DNA of 64,000 nucleotides. Source: Octopus bimaculoides. Its lineage: Eukaryota. This document shows positions 1-13,010 of the stretch, piece after piece. The notes beneath the pieces were generated by a model. It searched no databases and was not told the origin of the DNA. It was given only the letters and a program-made list of their open reading frames with translations. How positions within the stretch are numbered: position 1 is the stretch's first letter; each line of letters begins with the position of its first letter. Where the stretch lies: the NCBI RefSeq assembly GCF_001194135.2, contig NC_068987.1:108058772-108122771 (forward strand). The letters run 5' to 3'. A program made the translations under genes and the position numbers.

Positions 1-3000
1 GATAAAAAGTTGTTAAAGAAATTGTTCGATACGGCTTGAGATAAATATGTGTGTAAAGCAAAACTTTTATCACTCTCCTTACCCAAGTGTTGTATCGAAA
101 ACATATACAAACGCATGGTATGAAATATATTTATATTATACGAGAAAAAAGTGTCATGTTGATTTGCAGTCGTGAGATCAGTAATTCAAAATTTGTTGGG
201 TTTTTTTAAATCTGTTTCTCCAGATCAAATAATTTCCAATAATGGAAATGCCTTAACATTTTAATATTTAGTGGGTAACAACCGAACTACGAATATCGGC
301 AACGATTGCCAAATATTTCGATAGATAATTTTAATATGCAGATTTTTATTTGGTGGGGTGGTATTCAGCACTGCACTTGATTTTATATTGAGAAATATAT
401 TATAGAGAAGAAGGAATTGTATCTGAAAATATCATGTTTGCGAACACTTAAATAGATCTTTAAAGCGCTTTATTTTAAAATACACCCGTCATTAGATTAT
501 CTTCTGAAATGTAAGCCTGAGTTGATTGGCCAGATACTTCGTAGGAGTTATACTTATTTTTAGAAGACTACCGAATTTTGGTTGAAGTAGAGATGTATAA
601 AATTTGAATATAGAAGTTAGACAAAGTTTAGAAGGTAGACGAAATTTACTATATCAATACCTTAAGTCTGTTCCTCTTAAACAGGAAAAAATTGCTATAT
701 CAGCCAGATTTTATTAGTCTTTTTACAAGAAAATGTTTTTATCAATTGCCGCCGGCTATATTTACAGACACATGGTATTATATGTTCCCCGTCTAGTAAT
801 ATAGCGAAGCGAAAACACTGAAAATAATCGATCTCACGACATAATATGCTGGAATAGAAATACATTCATTCTCTTCTAATTCATTTTAACCTGAACGTCT
901 CTATCTTAACTTGCTTATTGATCGTTTCGAAAAATAAAATTTGAAATCTGTAAAACAGTTTTGATATTTGTCGAAAAAATATATGTATCTAAGTTTTAGA
1001 AGGTATCGTGGAGGTTAGGCATTTACAAAACACATAGGAAATTAGTAAAAATGTAATAATACATTGCAGAAACTTTTTTGAAATAGTTGTAGTAATAAAT
1101 ATACAAGTAACCAATGATGACAGACTAAGCGAAGACGACAATTTCAATTTTTATAACCACTGTGTATTCGCTATGTTCTACGTAAAAAATGAGTACCTGT
1201 AAATGTATTAACGCATTAATGAGATATTAAAGAGGCCAAACGACTGTTTCATTGACTTTAAATGGCAGGTCAACGTCTTCCAGTTTTTATAACTTTGAAT
1301 TACATTCGTCGCTTCTCTTGAAGATGACTTTATAGTGTTGAATCAACCATCAAAGTAGCTAGACGACTACTCTACAGGTAATCTGTCAAAAAGCGGTAAG
1401 AGGCCAATTTCTTTTCGTGAGCTTTCTTCAATAGTAAATATCAAAGTATTAACTTCGAGAATATTGATATTTACTATAAAAATGTTTTTGATATAATACC
1501 AAGTTTTCCTTTATATTAATTATATAACAAAAGATGTAGTGAAATTTAGTAAATAATTTATTGGATGAAATTAACATTTTAGACAAGCGTATGATGTCAT
1601 AAGTAATCGACTAGTGATTAGAGTACTTATGCTGCCGATAACCTGGAATCGAATCTTCATCATAGCAAATAACTATTTTGAAAAATGATGGCAACGCACA
1701 TGCATGATTCACTTTGTTTCGAAATATCGATCGTTTTCTCGTGGACTGAGATATGAAGTTTGTGAATCTGATAAATTTGAAAGAGCCCTAGAAATGAGCC
1801 AAATCATTTTTTAATAAATTCAAACGTAACTTTTGGAAAGTTGTTAATTATGGTGAGTATCTATTGGTTGCCAATGTGACCACAATGATAGTCAAAGTAC
1901 GAAATGTTTCCCCACTTCTACAAAGCTGGAGAAATGCAATACTGACAACACTGTCCACGAGGAAATTTGTCAAGTCAAACTATAATAATTTCAGTTTTAT
2001 GTTCTTCCTTGTAACTATTAATAAGATATTCATAATATTTCTGCTCAATCATTTGTAGATGCAAATATCTCTCATCGATGTCTCACAACATCAATTTAAA
2101 TTCCTACCTCGTGGAGCTACCACGGAAATTATCTTTAGTTACAAAGGAAGTCCTTATAGTAGAGGCTGTCTTTTTACCATATTTTATTTGATGTAAGGGT
2201 ATAGTACAGAGGAAGTAACTGCGAAAAATCCTGAGAGTGTCGGTGTGCCCACCTATGTCTGTCGATATATTTGTTTACACAGATATGAAGGTTTTATTTT
2301 GAAGTGACGATCTGTCCGAAGTAATCATTTAGACAAAATGACTAATGTGGAGATGAACTATCGCTAACATGAAACTCCATATACTTTGCAGTTGTGTTTT
2401 CTTATTTTTTCTGGAAAGTAATCCAGATAGTCGATGGAATAACAATATTTCCGAAGCTAAATGGAGCAAACGTTTACAATGCTAGTTCACAATTAATGAT
2501 TTGGATCAACTGAAACCAGATATGTAGAAAACAAAGAACACTTTCTGCAGTGTCTGCACAGCCGGCGATAAATCTAATGAAAAATAAGTAAATTTTACAA
2601 ATGTTGGCGGTGAACTGTATATCAACTTTAATATATTTAAGTGAATGAATTTATGTCTTGTATTCATTTTTGTACCTGGCTGGTCGATATCCATGGGTAG
2701 ACCAAATTTAGGACTGACCTTCCTACAATTGCGTTTGACATTTCCGAATGAAATCTGTTCAGACAGCATTTTTCTTATCGATCTTTACATTTATGTACTC
2801 ATAATTTTGTAGCAGAAACGTATGGATGATATATTAAATATAACAGGATTTGATTTGAATTTAGAAGACTCAAAACTAGACATGTGAAGTTTTTAGTGCG
2901 AGTTGAATTAAGGTAATAAGATCATTTCTTATAGCAAATAGAATGTGGAGGTGTTTTATATAAACATTTCGTACAACTTTCGTCGGTAAAAAACTGACCA

Positions 3001-4410
3001 TATGGATTAGAGTATTCACTGCTGATAGTTGTTATATCTTATACTTCTGATAATTGAACACTTGCTATAAACGAGCTCATCAATTATTTAAGACATTCTT
3101 GCCATCACCATCATATGATATATTCAGGCATTTTATTTGATAATGCATTATGCAATGTGGTTTGTCTTTTTTCTTACAACACAGTTGCATGATATTTACA
3201 GCAGATTTGGTTGCTAGTTCTTGTAAAAGTAGCCACGCAGGTGCACCGTCTTTGGCACGTCTATCAGTAATATATTGTAAAGAATGTAAGGCAAATATAG
3301 TTTCGTATTTTCGTGACTTTTCAAATATCTATTAAAAAAATACATTAAGAAATTATTGGTATTTGCCACATTAAAAAAATTGTAAAATATTTTATGTAAC
3401 AATAGCAGAATTCAAATTTAGCGTAAGGGTCACTGCAGCACTGTGTCACATGTGAAATAACTGATTAGATATACATATTCATGTTTTAAATGTGTTTTAA
3501 AAAATGTTTAAAATGCGCAATCGGCAAGTATGTAGTAAGCTCATTATATTATGATTGCGGTAACCAAGTTTCGCATCCTCGCCATTGCCACCGTCTATTT
3601 CATTTCATTGATTATCAATGTGGTTTCATTACCATCATTATTATTTTTATTTTATTCTTTACTTTTGTCATTTAACTTGTTTCTAGATGATAATTATTTT
3701 TTAAAATTCAGATATTTGTTAATGCAGAGTGAGAATTTGAAGGGTTTTTTTCTTGAAAGCATAATGGAGGTGATACATTTGTAAAATACATAGAAATTGG
3801 TTAAAAATATAATTAAGTATTGTAAAACATTGTTAAAATGGTTGCACGAAAAATTATATATTCATACAAGGAAGCTAACTATGACACACAATGTGACAAC
3901 GTGAATCTAAATGTAAATTACTACAGTCAAAACATGAGTGGTTAGATCATTTATTTGCTCATTTTATTTTTATTTGTACTTATCTTTTTTTCTCTGTAAA
4001 TAATTATTAATGAACTAACTGGGAGAGAATTTCTAAATATGATAATTCAAAGCAATTCATGATAATTAGAATTATTCGACACAATTAGAATTATTCCACG
4101 CCATGAATGTCACTATAATTTTACAACATATCATATCACTTATGTGGAAATATATGGCAACATTTTAACATTTGCAGCAAGTCTTGAATATTTTCAACTT
4201 CGTGGTTTATATCATGTCTTTTTAAGAAATTTTGCTTTGTCATAATTTGTTAGGGATTTATAAATTATTGTGGCAACAGAACTGGTGGAGTTGCGGTGTG
4301 AACAACATTATCTTGGTCTCCTCAACGTAAGCGATTCTCGATCGAAACAAAAAACAAAGAAATGATCGTAGAACTTGACTTATGAAATTATTTCGAAGAA
4401 CCGGAGAAAA

Positions 4411-4770
4411 GGCGGTGAGCTGGTAGAATCGCTTACACGTCAAATACAATATTTAGCGGTATTTCTTCTGAATTTGTTTACACAGGGTTCATACTACGTA
4501 GATTTCAACCTTGTCTTTCATTCCTTAGGTGACGATAAAAATGGGAGTTAAGTATAAGGTCTGTTGCATTCTCTCAAAATTTCTGGCCTTGAACCCTGTA
4601 ACATATTGGCATTCCAGTCAACTTACGAAGTGTGCTAAAAAGAACCTGGCTTTAAAGGTTACGAGAATGGCCTATTTGGAGTCCCAACCTTCGGAGTTCA
4701 GCAGCCCCTCGTGCATATGCTCAGTAAAGCCAGTAACCAGCATTATGAGTCCACGAGCTCAATAACAATA
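4411..4770 (+). mobile_element. SINE family A copy (degenerate head, longer tail)
   Basis: Starts GGCGGTGAGCTGGTAGAATCG...TTAGCGGTATTTC, matching the head of the other family A copies in the window; diverged, and the right end is approximate. Confidence 0.6.
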
Positions 4771-5460
4771 AGAAGAGATGAAAGGCAAACTCATATATAC
4801 GTGTAAGTACATTTACACATTACTAGACATCATCCTTTATGCATTAGCAAACACAAGAAAACAGATTTACACATGCATTGACCTCAAATTGATGCGTAAT
4901 ACCCTTGTGTATTGTTTAAATTCCAATAAAAGGGCCTTGAGCCTAAGCTAGAAACTATCTTTTTCTCTTCACTAACAAGTAATCTAGAAACATAACTAGT
5001 AATAATAACCTATATATTGCAACACATATACACATAAATACATCCTGATTCCATCTTTGAAATTGATTCCATTTTCAAACTTCTCTGCTTTAAGATCTGA
5101 AAAGTAAGATCTTCTCTACCCTGATGACGAAGAGTTGTCTTATTCTATGTTGATTGCATCCATTACGGTCGCAAATTAAAATGAACTACATCTACCAATA
5201 TTATATTATCATGGTTCTCCAAGCTCCCAGAAACAAGTGTTAGATCTATAACACCTTCCTTTCACTCCTTTAATTTTCTCTATCAATTGGACTCTGTATA
5301 AGTTGGATGTATTAATATAGATATCTATATATTTGTACTTAAATATTTATCATCTGAAAGTCACCATCTTTTGTTGTCTCTCGTTTTTTTTATGTTTGCA
5401 TACATATATTCTTTGTGCTTGATGTCCAAACTATTATATTTGATACGTCTAATTGGCAAA

Positions 5461-5665
5461 GCAGTGAGCTGGCAGAAACGTTAGCATGCCGGGCGAAATG
5501 CTTAGGAGTACTTCGTGTCTTTACGTCCTGAGCTCAAATTCCGCCGAGGTGGACTTTGCCTTTCGAAGTCGATACATCAAGTACCAGTTGCGTACTTGCG
5601 TCGAAATAATCGATTGCCCCGCCCCACAAAAAGAAATTTCGGGCATTGTGCCGAAAGTAGAAAAT
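5461..5665 (+). mobile_element. SINE family A copy
   Basis: GAGCTGGCAGAAACGTTAGCATGCCGGGCGAAATGCTTAG...GAGCTCAAATTCCGCCGAGGTGGACTTTGCCTTTC...AAGTACCAGTTGCG; more than 15 similar copies occur in the window. Confidence 0.85.
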
Positions 5666-6917
5666 AATATATCTATATATCTAATATATCCTTCTCTAAT
5701 ACACACTTTTTAACTGATTGGTCATCTTTTTGTACATGATACACCGATACATATGTCGAGCTAAATTTATTTAGTATTTCTAACGTAACAAGTAAATACG
5801 TACTTTCTTCTTATATCTTTTCTTTGTTTTTTTTTCCTTTTGTTTTCAACATTTAAACACAAGCCGTCCGTCCTTGATGGAGCAGATGTTCGCTTAATCA
5901 CGAGACTTGTTTCTCCTACCCACTCTTATCTTGAATTCTATCGCAATATCCCTCTGCGTTTCAAGCTGTTTAACGAAGTAAATATAATTACAAACACAAA
6001 TCAAAATATATTTATACCCTTATGTTTATATACAAACATTGTTATATCTGAATTTTACAAAAATCAATTAATTCGGAGTGTTTGCTGTGCATTATGTTTT
6101 ACATAAATTAGTATTTACATTATGTCTGACTACTTAGACAGAAGATTCCACTTTGAATGGAGCAGCAAATTCTAAAGTGTATTGAGAATAAGGTTCTATT
6201 TATGCGAGTAAAACAAGAAGGAAAATAATGTTCATTCGATAATGAAATTATTATTCAGTTACTGATAATTTGAAATGGTGTTTGTTATTTTATGCTTTCT
6301 TTCGCATTCTCTATCAAACAACCTCATTCAGGGAAGACAGGGAAAGTTAAGAATGTGACGGTATAACTTGTTATTAGAAATAAAGAGAAAGAAATAGAGG
6401 CAAGTGTTTAAGATGGAAAATGGAGATTGCGTGCGCGCGTACGCGTAATATTTAAGTGTATGCACGTGTATTTATATATATATATGTGTGTGTGTGTGTA
6501 TGTGTGAAATCGTTTCTGGCTCTGCGTGAGCGTGTGCGCTTCTGTGTGTGTATGTCTCTTTTTGTTTATGTCTGCTCGTGTATGTGCCTGTGCGTGTGTG
6601 TGTATGTGTGTGTGTGCGTGCGCGCCTATGACTGTTTTTCTTCCACCTATTCAATACTTTCCACTTTTCACTCCACATCGTAATTTTGCTTAAATTTTAC
6701 AATGAAATTTTCTTTCCTACTTACCGGAGTTACTCGTATATAAATCCCTTTATATTATATTTGATTTTCACTCAAGAAACTAGGGTACGTTTTACGGACA
6801 AAGCAGAGCTAATATCAAATTTCAATACGATGCGGAAAGAAATTTGTACCAAGGTTTAACACTCGTGCACGTATAAATACAGTAGTAGTAAGTTTTACAT
6901 CTCTGTAAAAGTATAAA

Positions 6918-7570
6918 AATCATTTCTACTGCAGGCTCAAGGCTTGAAATTTGAGGTGAGGGCACTGGTGGGTTACATAGACTCCAATGTTTCATTGGTT
7001 CTCATTTTATTGACTACGAAAGAATGAAAGGCAAAACCGACCGCCTCGGAATTTGATCTCAGAACGTAAGGACGGACGAAATTCCGGGAAGCATTTTGCG
7101 CAGGGTGCTAACGATTCTTATTCCATTATTGCCCACAAGAGGCTAAACATAGAAGGAACAGACAGCGACAGAAAAAGGTATTAAGTCGATTACATCGACC
7201 ACAGTGCGTAACTAGTACTTAATTTACCGACCACGACAGAATGAAAGGTAAAGTCGACCTCGGCGGTATTTGAACTCAAAACGTAACGGCAGACGAAATA
7301 CCGCTAAGAATTTCGTCCGGCGCGCTAACGATTCTGCCAGCTCGTCGCCTGCTCTGAAGACGCAATAATCTTTTCTTCTCTAGACACAAGGCCAGACATT
7401 TGGTGGGAGGGGACCAGTCATTTAGATCGACCCCAGTACGCAACTGGAGCTTAATTTAAAGGATGAAAGGCAAAGTCAACCTCGACGGAATTTGATCTCA
7501 GAACATAACGACAGATAAAATGCCGCTAAGCATTTCGCCCGGCTTGCTAAAGTTTCTGACAGCTCACCGT
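6918..7570 (-). mobile_element. Tandem cluster of three SINE family A copies
   Basis: Three successive blocks of the type GAAAGG(C/T)AAA(G/A)(T/C)C(G/A)ACC...GAA(C/T)TTGA(A/T)CTCA(G/A)AAC, at about 6918-7118, 7119-7350 and 7367-7570. Confidence 0.85.
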
Positions 7571-8898
7571 CATAGTGTTTTATTAGTGGATGTAAAACCA
7601 CATTTCCTTCAATCTCCATTGTCTATATTACCCAGAAAATACTAACCAATCGATCTTCTTCGAGTTAACTACCGTTATTTTAAAAATCTCTCATAAGATT
7701 TTATATCTTCTAATGTTTTTATAATCTAAATAAGTACTTTCAATCCATTGATATAATTATGTCAATCACTGTCGTTGTTGTATTTAATATGCCGAACTCT
7801 CACCCGAGTTATTTGCCTTGATATTTTTGAAAGCGACAGACTCAATAATGCTGGTTAGAATGCCACGTAGTAACTGTTTCAGTTCTCAACCTTCTGAGTC
7901 CTCATTCCACCCCAATAGACCAAGCCCTTCGGCTCTTCGAGGTCAATTACAAAAGTACTATTCGAGGATGGTATATGGAGAAGCTGTCAGACGTTTGTGC
8001 TAGACGCTGTCCAGCATTTGTCGTCACGTTTTGCGTTTTCACAGCACTGCACGTGACGTCCCTGACGCCAAACTTTGACCCAATTCTGGGACCTTTCTTG
8101 CGTATGAAATTCGGCGCCATGCAAAGAACAACATGTACACTTGAGAAAACTTTTATACTTCTTAAAAAATGTATCCAGTCTTGCAATTACTTCTGCAGCT
8201 TCAGGTGAAGTTTCATTTTGGTGAAATCTGTTAAAACATATAAACTGATTAGATTAGTTATTGTTTTAGAAACCGCTGGCATGTTCATTGTTAGTCACAT
8301 TCATCTGGCCACAACTCCACGTAGTTACTATGGTGACACAAGTTCGTATCGCAGTCATTGATTGAGTGATTTTCATAAATAATTCAATATACATATATAA
8401 GATTTAAAAATACATCAGTATTTTCAAATTCCCACTGATTTCATCATAGATTTACAATCTCCAGTGTTCAGAAATTCTGTTCCTATAATTTATTACCAGT
8501 CTCCCAGTATTTGAAGCCTTCATCTCAACTTAGGAATTGCAATATTTTACATTATTAATAATTTCCTTCATTTCTACTATATTGTCGTAGTAACTTATCA
8601 ACTTGTTATTTGAAAATTTAAAATATTTACAAGAATTCAAATATTTACACAGGAAGTATGTGAAGTTTAAATCTTATCTAATGCAGCAAGATTAATTACA
8701 CAGCAAGGAGGTGTGAATTCAGGTTTGAATTACGAGATGATTCCGACATAGAATATATCACAGTTTAATATATAAGATCCATGAAGTAAACGATTATGCC
8801 AGGAACGTATATAAGTGTTTCCGTTGTATAAGATATCGTCTGTCACAATGAAATCCGAGGCCAACCACATACATTTCATTCGATATTTCTCTAGTATG

Positions 8899-9042
<144 letters not shown>

Positions 9043-10534
9043 CATCGCTCTTATCTTTGTTTCGCAAGCAGAACTCAAATTGTTTAACAAATCAAATTAA
9101 CATTCTCATGAAGTCTTTAATTTTGCTCCATATCAATTTATTAAACATGTAAATCTGTGTTTTAGTATCCACGAGTACACCTGGACGGCAGTTCTGATAG
9201 TCTTGTGGTTAAGATTTCATATCTATGGTTTTGATAACCTTGTTTGAGTCTTCTCCGAGATACCTACAACATCGAAACGTACGGCCATGTAGGTATTCAC
9301 GACTTCAGCAAGGCATACTGCTGTCACGTCATTTTACAGATGTTGGATTATTGCTCAGTATTGTCACATATATTGTTATAATCAGGCAGAAATTTTAGCC
9401 AAACTGAGATTAAGAAAATTTTAGTCCCTTTTTATCGTTTTATGAGAATCCAGAAATGTGACCACCCCTCTTACTTGTAACCAACAGTATAGCCATCCTG
9501 ATTAATTTCAACGTTTTCTTTTTCTCCCCATCTCTGTCTCTCTGTCCCCCTCTTCTTCCTTCTCTCTCTCACTCTCTCTCTCTCTCTCTCTCTCTCTCCT
9601 TTTCTTCTTTCTCTCTCTCACTATTTCTACCCGTTACTATTTAGCATCATCTCTTCGTATCGACATAATTACTTTCACTGTATTAGAAATATATATATAC
9701 CATCTATTTTTTATTTACATTGGATAAGTGTTTTGATTGCACATATTAAACTTTATAACACAAATATTCCATTGGCACGAACACATTTTACAAGCATTAT
9801 GCAATGAACTATGTTAAATAATTTGTTTCTGGAACACAAATTATTTAACTCCCATATTCATGTACATTTTTATAAACAAGTAGATGTTGAATTGATCAAC
9901 CTCATGAATTAAGCTATGCTGCATTCTATATCTAATACCACTTCCAATTCAAAAATATATGCACAATCACGTGCTCTGTGGTTATTTATGTTGAATCCTA
10001 CCAAACAGATCGGAAGCGTTCTGGTTTCGGCAGGTATGAAGAAAATAAAAGGAAAAGTTTACATATAATTGAATGTTGATCCTTATAAACAAACTTGAAT
10101 TTCCTACCATGCGAAATAATTGTTAGCTCGAATTTTCATTTAGATTTCTACGGAAGAATCAGTGCTACCGTGTGAAATATAATTTTCAGATTCAAAGCAC
10201 AAATATGTCTCGTTAACATAAAGGTTGCGAATTCACCTGGTCGAGGTTTTATAGATTGAAACAGCTCCCACGCATAATAATCCGTGTTACATTCTTTCTA
10301 ATTGCCAATTCAAATCAGCTAAAATTCTCTTCGCTGTCATCTTTATATTTCAATCTGTCAGAGGCAATGCGTGATTTCCTGTGGAGTTGTGTTCATTTTT
10401 CTTGAGCCTAGTGTCTCACGACTCCATAGTTTATACATGGATCCCTTGGTCTTTTTAACTGCTTGACTATCTGTCTCAAGACTTGTCCTCACCCGATCGA
10501 GTTGTTACTCGCTTATATCTGAGGACACGAGAGA

Positions 10535-10640
10535 AACCTGAAATGACGCGCCTTGCTCAAAGACATAACGCGCTTTGCTCGAAGACACAACGCGCCCGGC
10601 TCAAGTATCGAACCACTTTTCACAACTTTACTCACAGCTC
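10535..10640 (-). mobile_element. tRNA-headed SINE (family C) fragment with an internal ~22-bp tandem duplication
   Basis: Minus strand reads GGTTCGATACTTGAGCCGGGCGCGTTGTGTCTTCGAGCAAAGCGCGTTATGTCTTTGAGCAAGG: a B-box plus a duplicated GTTGTGTTCTTGAGCAA-like core. Confidence 0.6.
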
Positions 10641-11639
10641 CCATGCGACTATGCCGTGTATCTTTAATGAACTTTATTCATTCCAATCGAAAATTCCACT
10701 CCCCAAGTTTTGTGGACTTTTGCTTTTCACACAAATCGTATTATGTCATTTTATCAATTAAGTAATTCACGTAAAATTATTTTCCTGCTCCATAACGAAA
10801 TATCAATGTGATAGCAAACAGCAATTTGAAACATTGAAATATTAATGTAATTTAATTATATTTATTTTTAAAGAAAGATGTGGTCAGGTGAATTATGGCA
10901 GTCATAATAAAAATGTCAAATTTTCCAAATTTTTAGTGGAGAAAATATGTTTATTACGATAGACACCGTAATTAAAATGTACATAAATGTTCACTTGATT
11001 ACTTCTTTCATTCATTGAACTTCGACCATGCTGGGTCAGTATCCTGAAGATTTTAATCGATAAAATTCAATCGCTCCAGATCCAAATATTGTCGCTCTTT
11101 ATTTCTTTATGCAGAACAGATAATTTATAAGGAGTAAAGCAAGCAACAGTGGTTTTCAAGTTGTGAGACAAACACAACCATAATTACGTGCACCAGGGTA
11201 CGCATGCATTTACATATATAGGTTTCTGTGTGTGCACGTCTGTGTGTGCGTGTGAGTGTGTGTGTGTTTATGTGTACGTGTGTATATACATTTATATATA
11301 TGGTGTCTCAGAGATCCTGGACCGAATGGGACGTCCTAAAAAGTAAGACCATATGTTCAAACCACCTGTGGAGACTCGAACTTGAACGTATCTTCTTCCT
11401 TCTGCGCGTGGTGTACGACAACTTCCCAATACCAACATGCATGCACATATTAGGTTTGAAAGTGTACCATTTGTGTAAAGTTTGAAGATAAAGGGATACC
11501 AACTTTGTCAGAGTATACATAACACGCATTTTGTTAGTGTGCTGTATAGAACTTATTCAAGGGAGTTACAAGGGGCGCCATAACAATGTACTTGTGAAAC
11601 TCACTGTAATTCCGGAAGAGCAAAGACTCAACAAACACT

Positions 11640-12629
11640 ATGAGCAATGGTTGTGGCTATGCTTAGTGGTCTTCTGCATGGCTATACTAAATGTTGCTGC
11701 TTCCTGTGCTTATACAATTCCAGAGCAAGAGCTGAACATTATTATGTACGCAAGGATTAGCCGATCCGAGAGATGAAACTGAGCAAGAAAAACACATCAT
11801 GAACACACCACTTGGGAAAAGTAATATAATTTTTTACCACCTTTGCGTATTAAACGTGGTTTGTTTAAGCAAGTTGAGAAAGCCTTGGACAAGGAATCCT
11901 CCGCATTTGCATATCTTGCAGAAAAGTACCCTTCCCTGAGTCAAGCTAAAATTAAAGAAGGTTTCTTCATAGGTCCCCAAATTCAAAAAATCTTACTTGA
12001 TGAAACCTTCATCACACATCTCAAGAGAAAAGAGAAGCTTGCCTTTGAGACATTCAAGAACATTTGCGATAACTTCCAGGACAAATATTGTGCAAAGGAC
12101 TATGTGCAAGTTGTGAATGATGAGCTGAGTCATTATCATGATATGGGATGTAACATGTCTCTAAAAGCTGATGTGCTTCACTCTCATTTGGATTTTTTGG
12201 CGGAAAATCTTGGTGATGTGAGTGATGAACATGGCGAAACATTCCATCAGGATATTTCAGTGATGGAGCGACGATTCAAAGGAAAATGGAACCCTGGCAT
12301 GTTGGCAGACTACTGCTGGGGTATAAAAAAGATCATAATCCGCACAAGGGTTGTTTAAACTGACAGGTGTGCTTTTAATTCATAACCAATATATGTTTTG
12401 TTTTACCACCTAAATTCGTTTTGTTTTTTGTAACTTTCAGTATTTGCAATGTTGTGTTCAATACTCAATATTATGCAGTATATTATAAAACATATGGTTC
12501 ATGGTACAGGAAAACGGTGCCTAATCTGGAGAAATAAAGGTCACACTCAGAACCAGGACAATGTTTTGACCCAGAAACAAGTCGTACTTAACTAGTAATT
12601 TTTTTGAACCTGAAATATGTTGCACAGTA
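11640..12629 (+). mobile_element. Degenerate CMC-superfamily (Chapaev-like) DNA transposon: transposase C-terminal half and putative right end
   Basis: The frame from 11647 reads MLSGLLHGYTKCCCFLCLYNSRARAEHY (C-x2-C motif). After a stop and frameshift it continues LPPLRIKRGLFKQVEKALDK...KIKEGFFIGPQI...GCNMSLK...HSHLDF..ENLGDVSDEHGETFHQDISVMERRFKGKW..MLADYCW (ORF 11843-12358). This matches from memory the Chapaev3-type consensus (LPPLHIKLGL...SDEHGERFHQDI). Possible terminus ...ATGTTGCACAGTA at about 12629. Confidence 0.8.
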
Positions 12630-12702
12630 TATTCTATAAATCAAGCCCGTTACTCTCTCTCGGTCTCCTCCTCTCTTTCGATACGGTCTCTTTTTCAGAC
12701 AG

Positions 12703-12708
<6 letters not shown>

Positions 12709-12787
<79 letters not shown>

Positions 12788-13010
12788 GATAGGTACACAT
12801 ATGTTTATGTTTGTATATGTGTATGTACATATATTTGTATATGTATATATATCTGTATGTATATATATACGTACATATCAATGCATATATCAAAACTCAC
12901 GCATGTACATGTACATACGTATATACACGCATCTTTATATATACACACACACGCAAGCGCACGCAAGCGCGCGCACGCATTCACACACACACACATACAC
13001 ACACACACAT
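12709..13010. repeat. Compound (CA)n/(TA)n microsatellite
   Basis: Directly visible. Confidence 0.95.

Noticed and set aside
1336-1377. 42-nt pseudo-exon candidates (this one and 29432-29473)
   Set aside because: Weak pyrimidine tracts; such AG...GT pairs are expected by chance in 64 kb.
5115-5150. CTGATGA at about 5122 (similar lone cores at 15803, 31154, 42831 and 59414)
   Set aside because: No stem II plus GAAA plus UH arrangement follows.
5190-5330. Minus-strand PTY...VIDLTLVS, like a LINE AP-endonuclease end
   Set aside because: Multiple stops, atypical spacing and no SDH motif.
9250-9290. CATCGAAACGTA, a possible 3' half of a minimal hammerhead
   Set aside because: The 5' core is unrecognisable.
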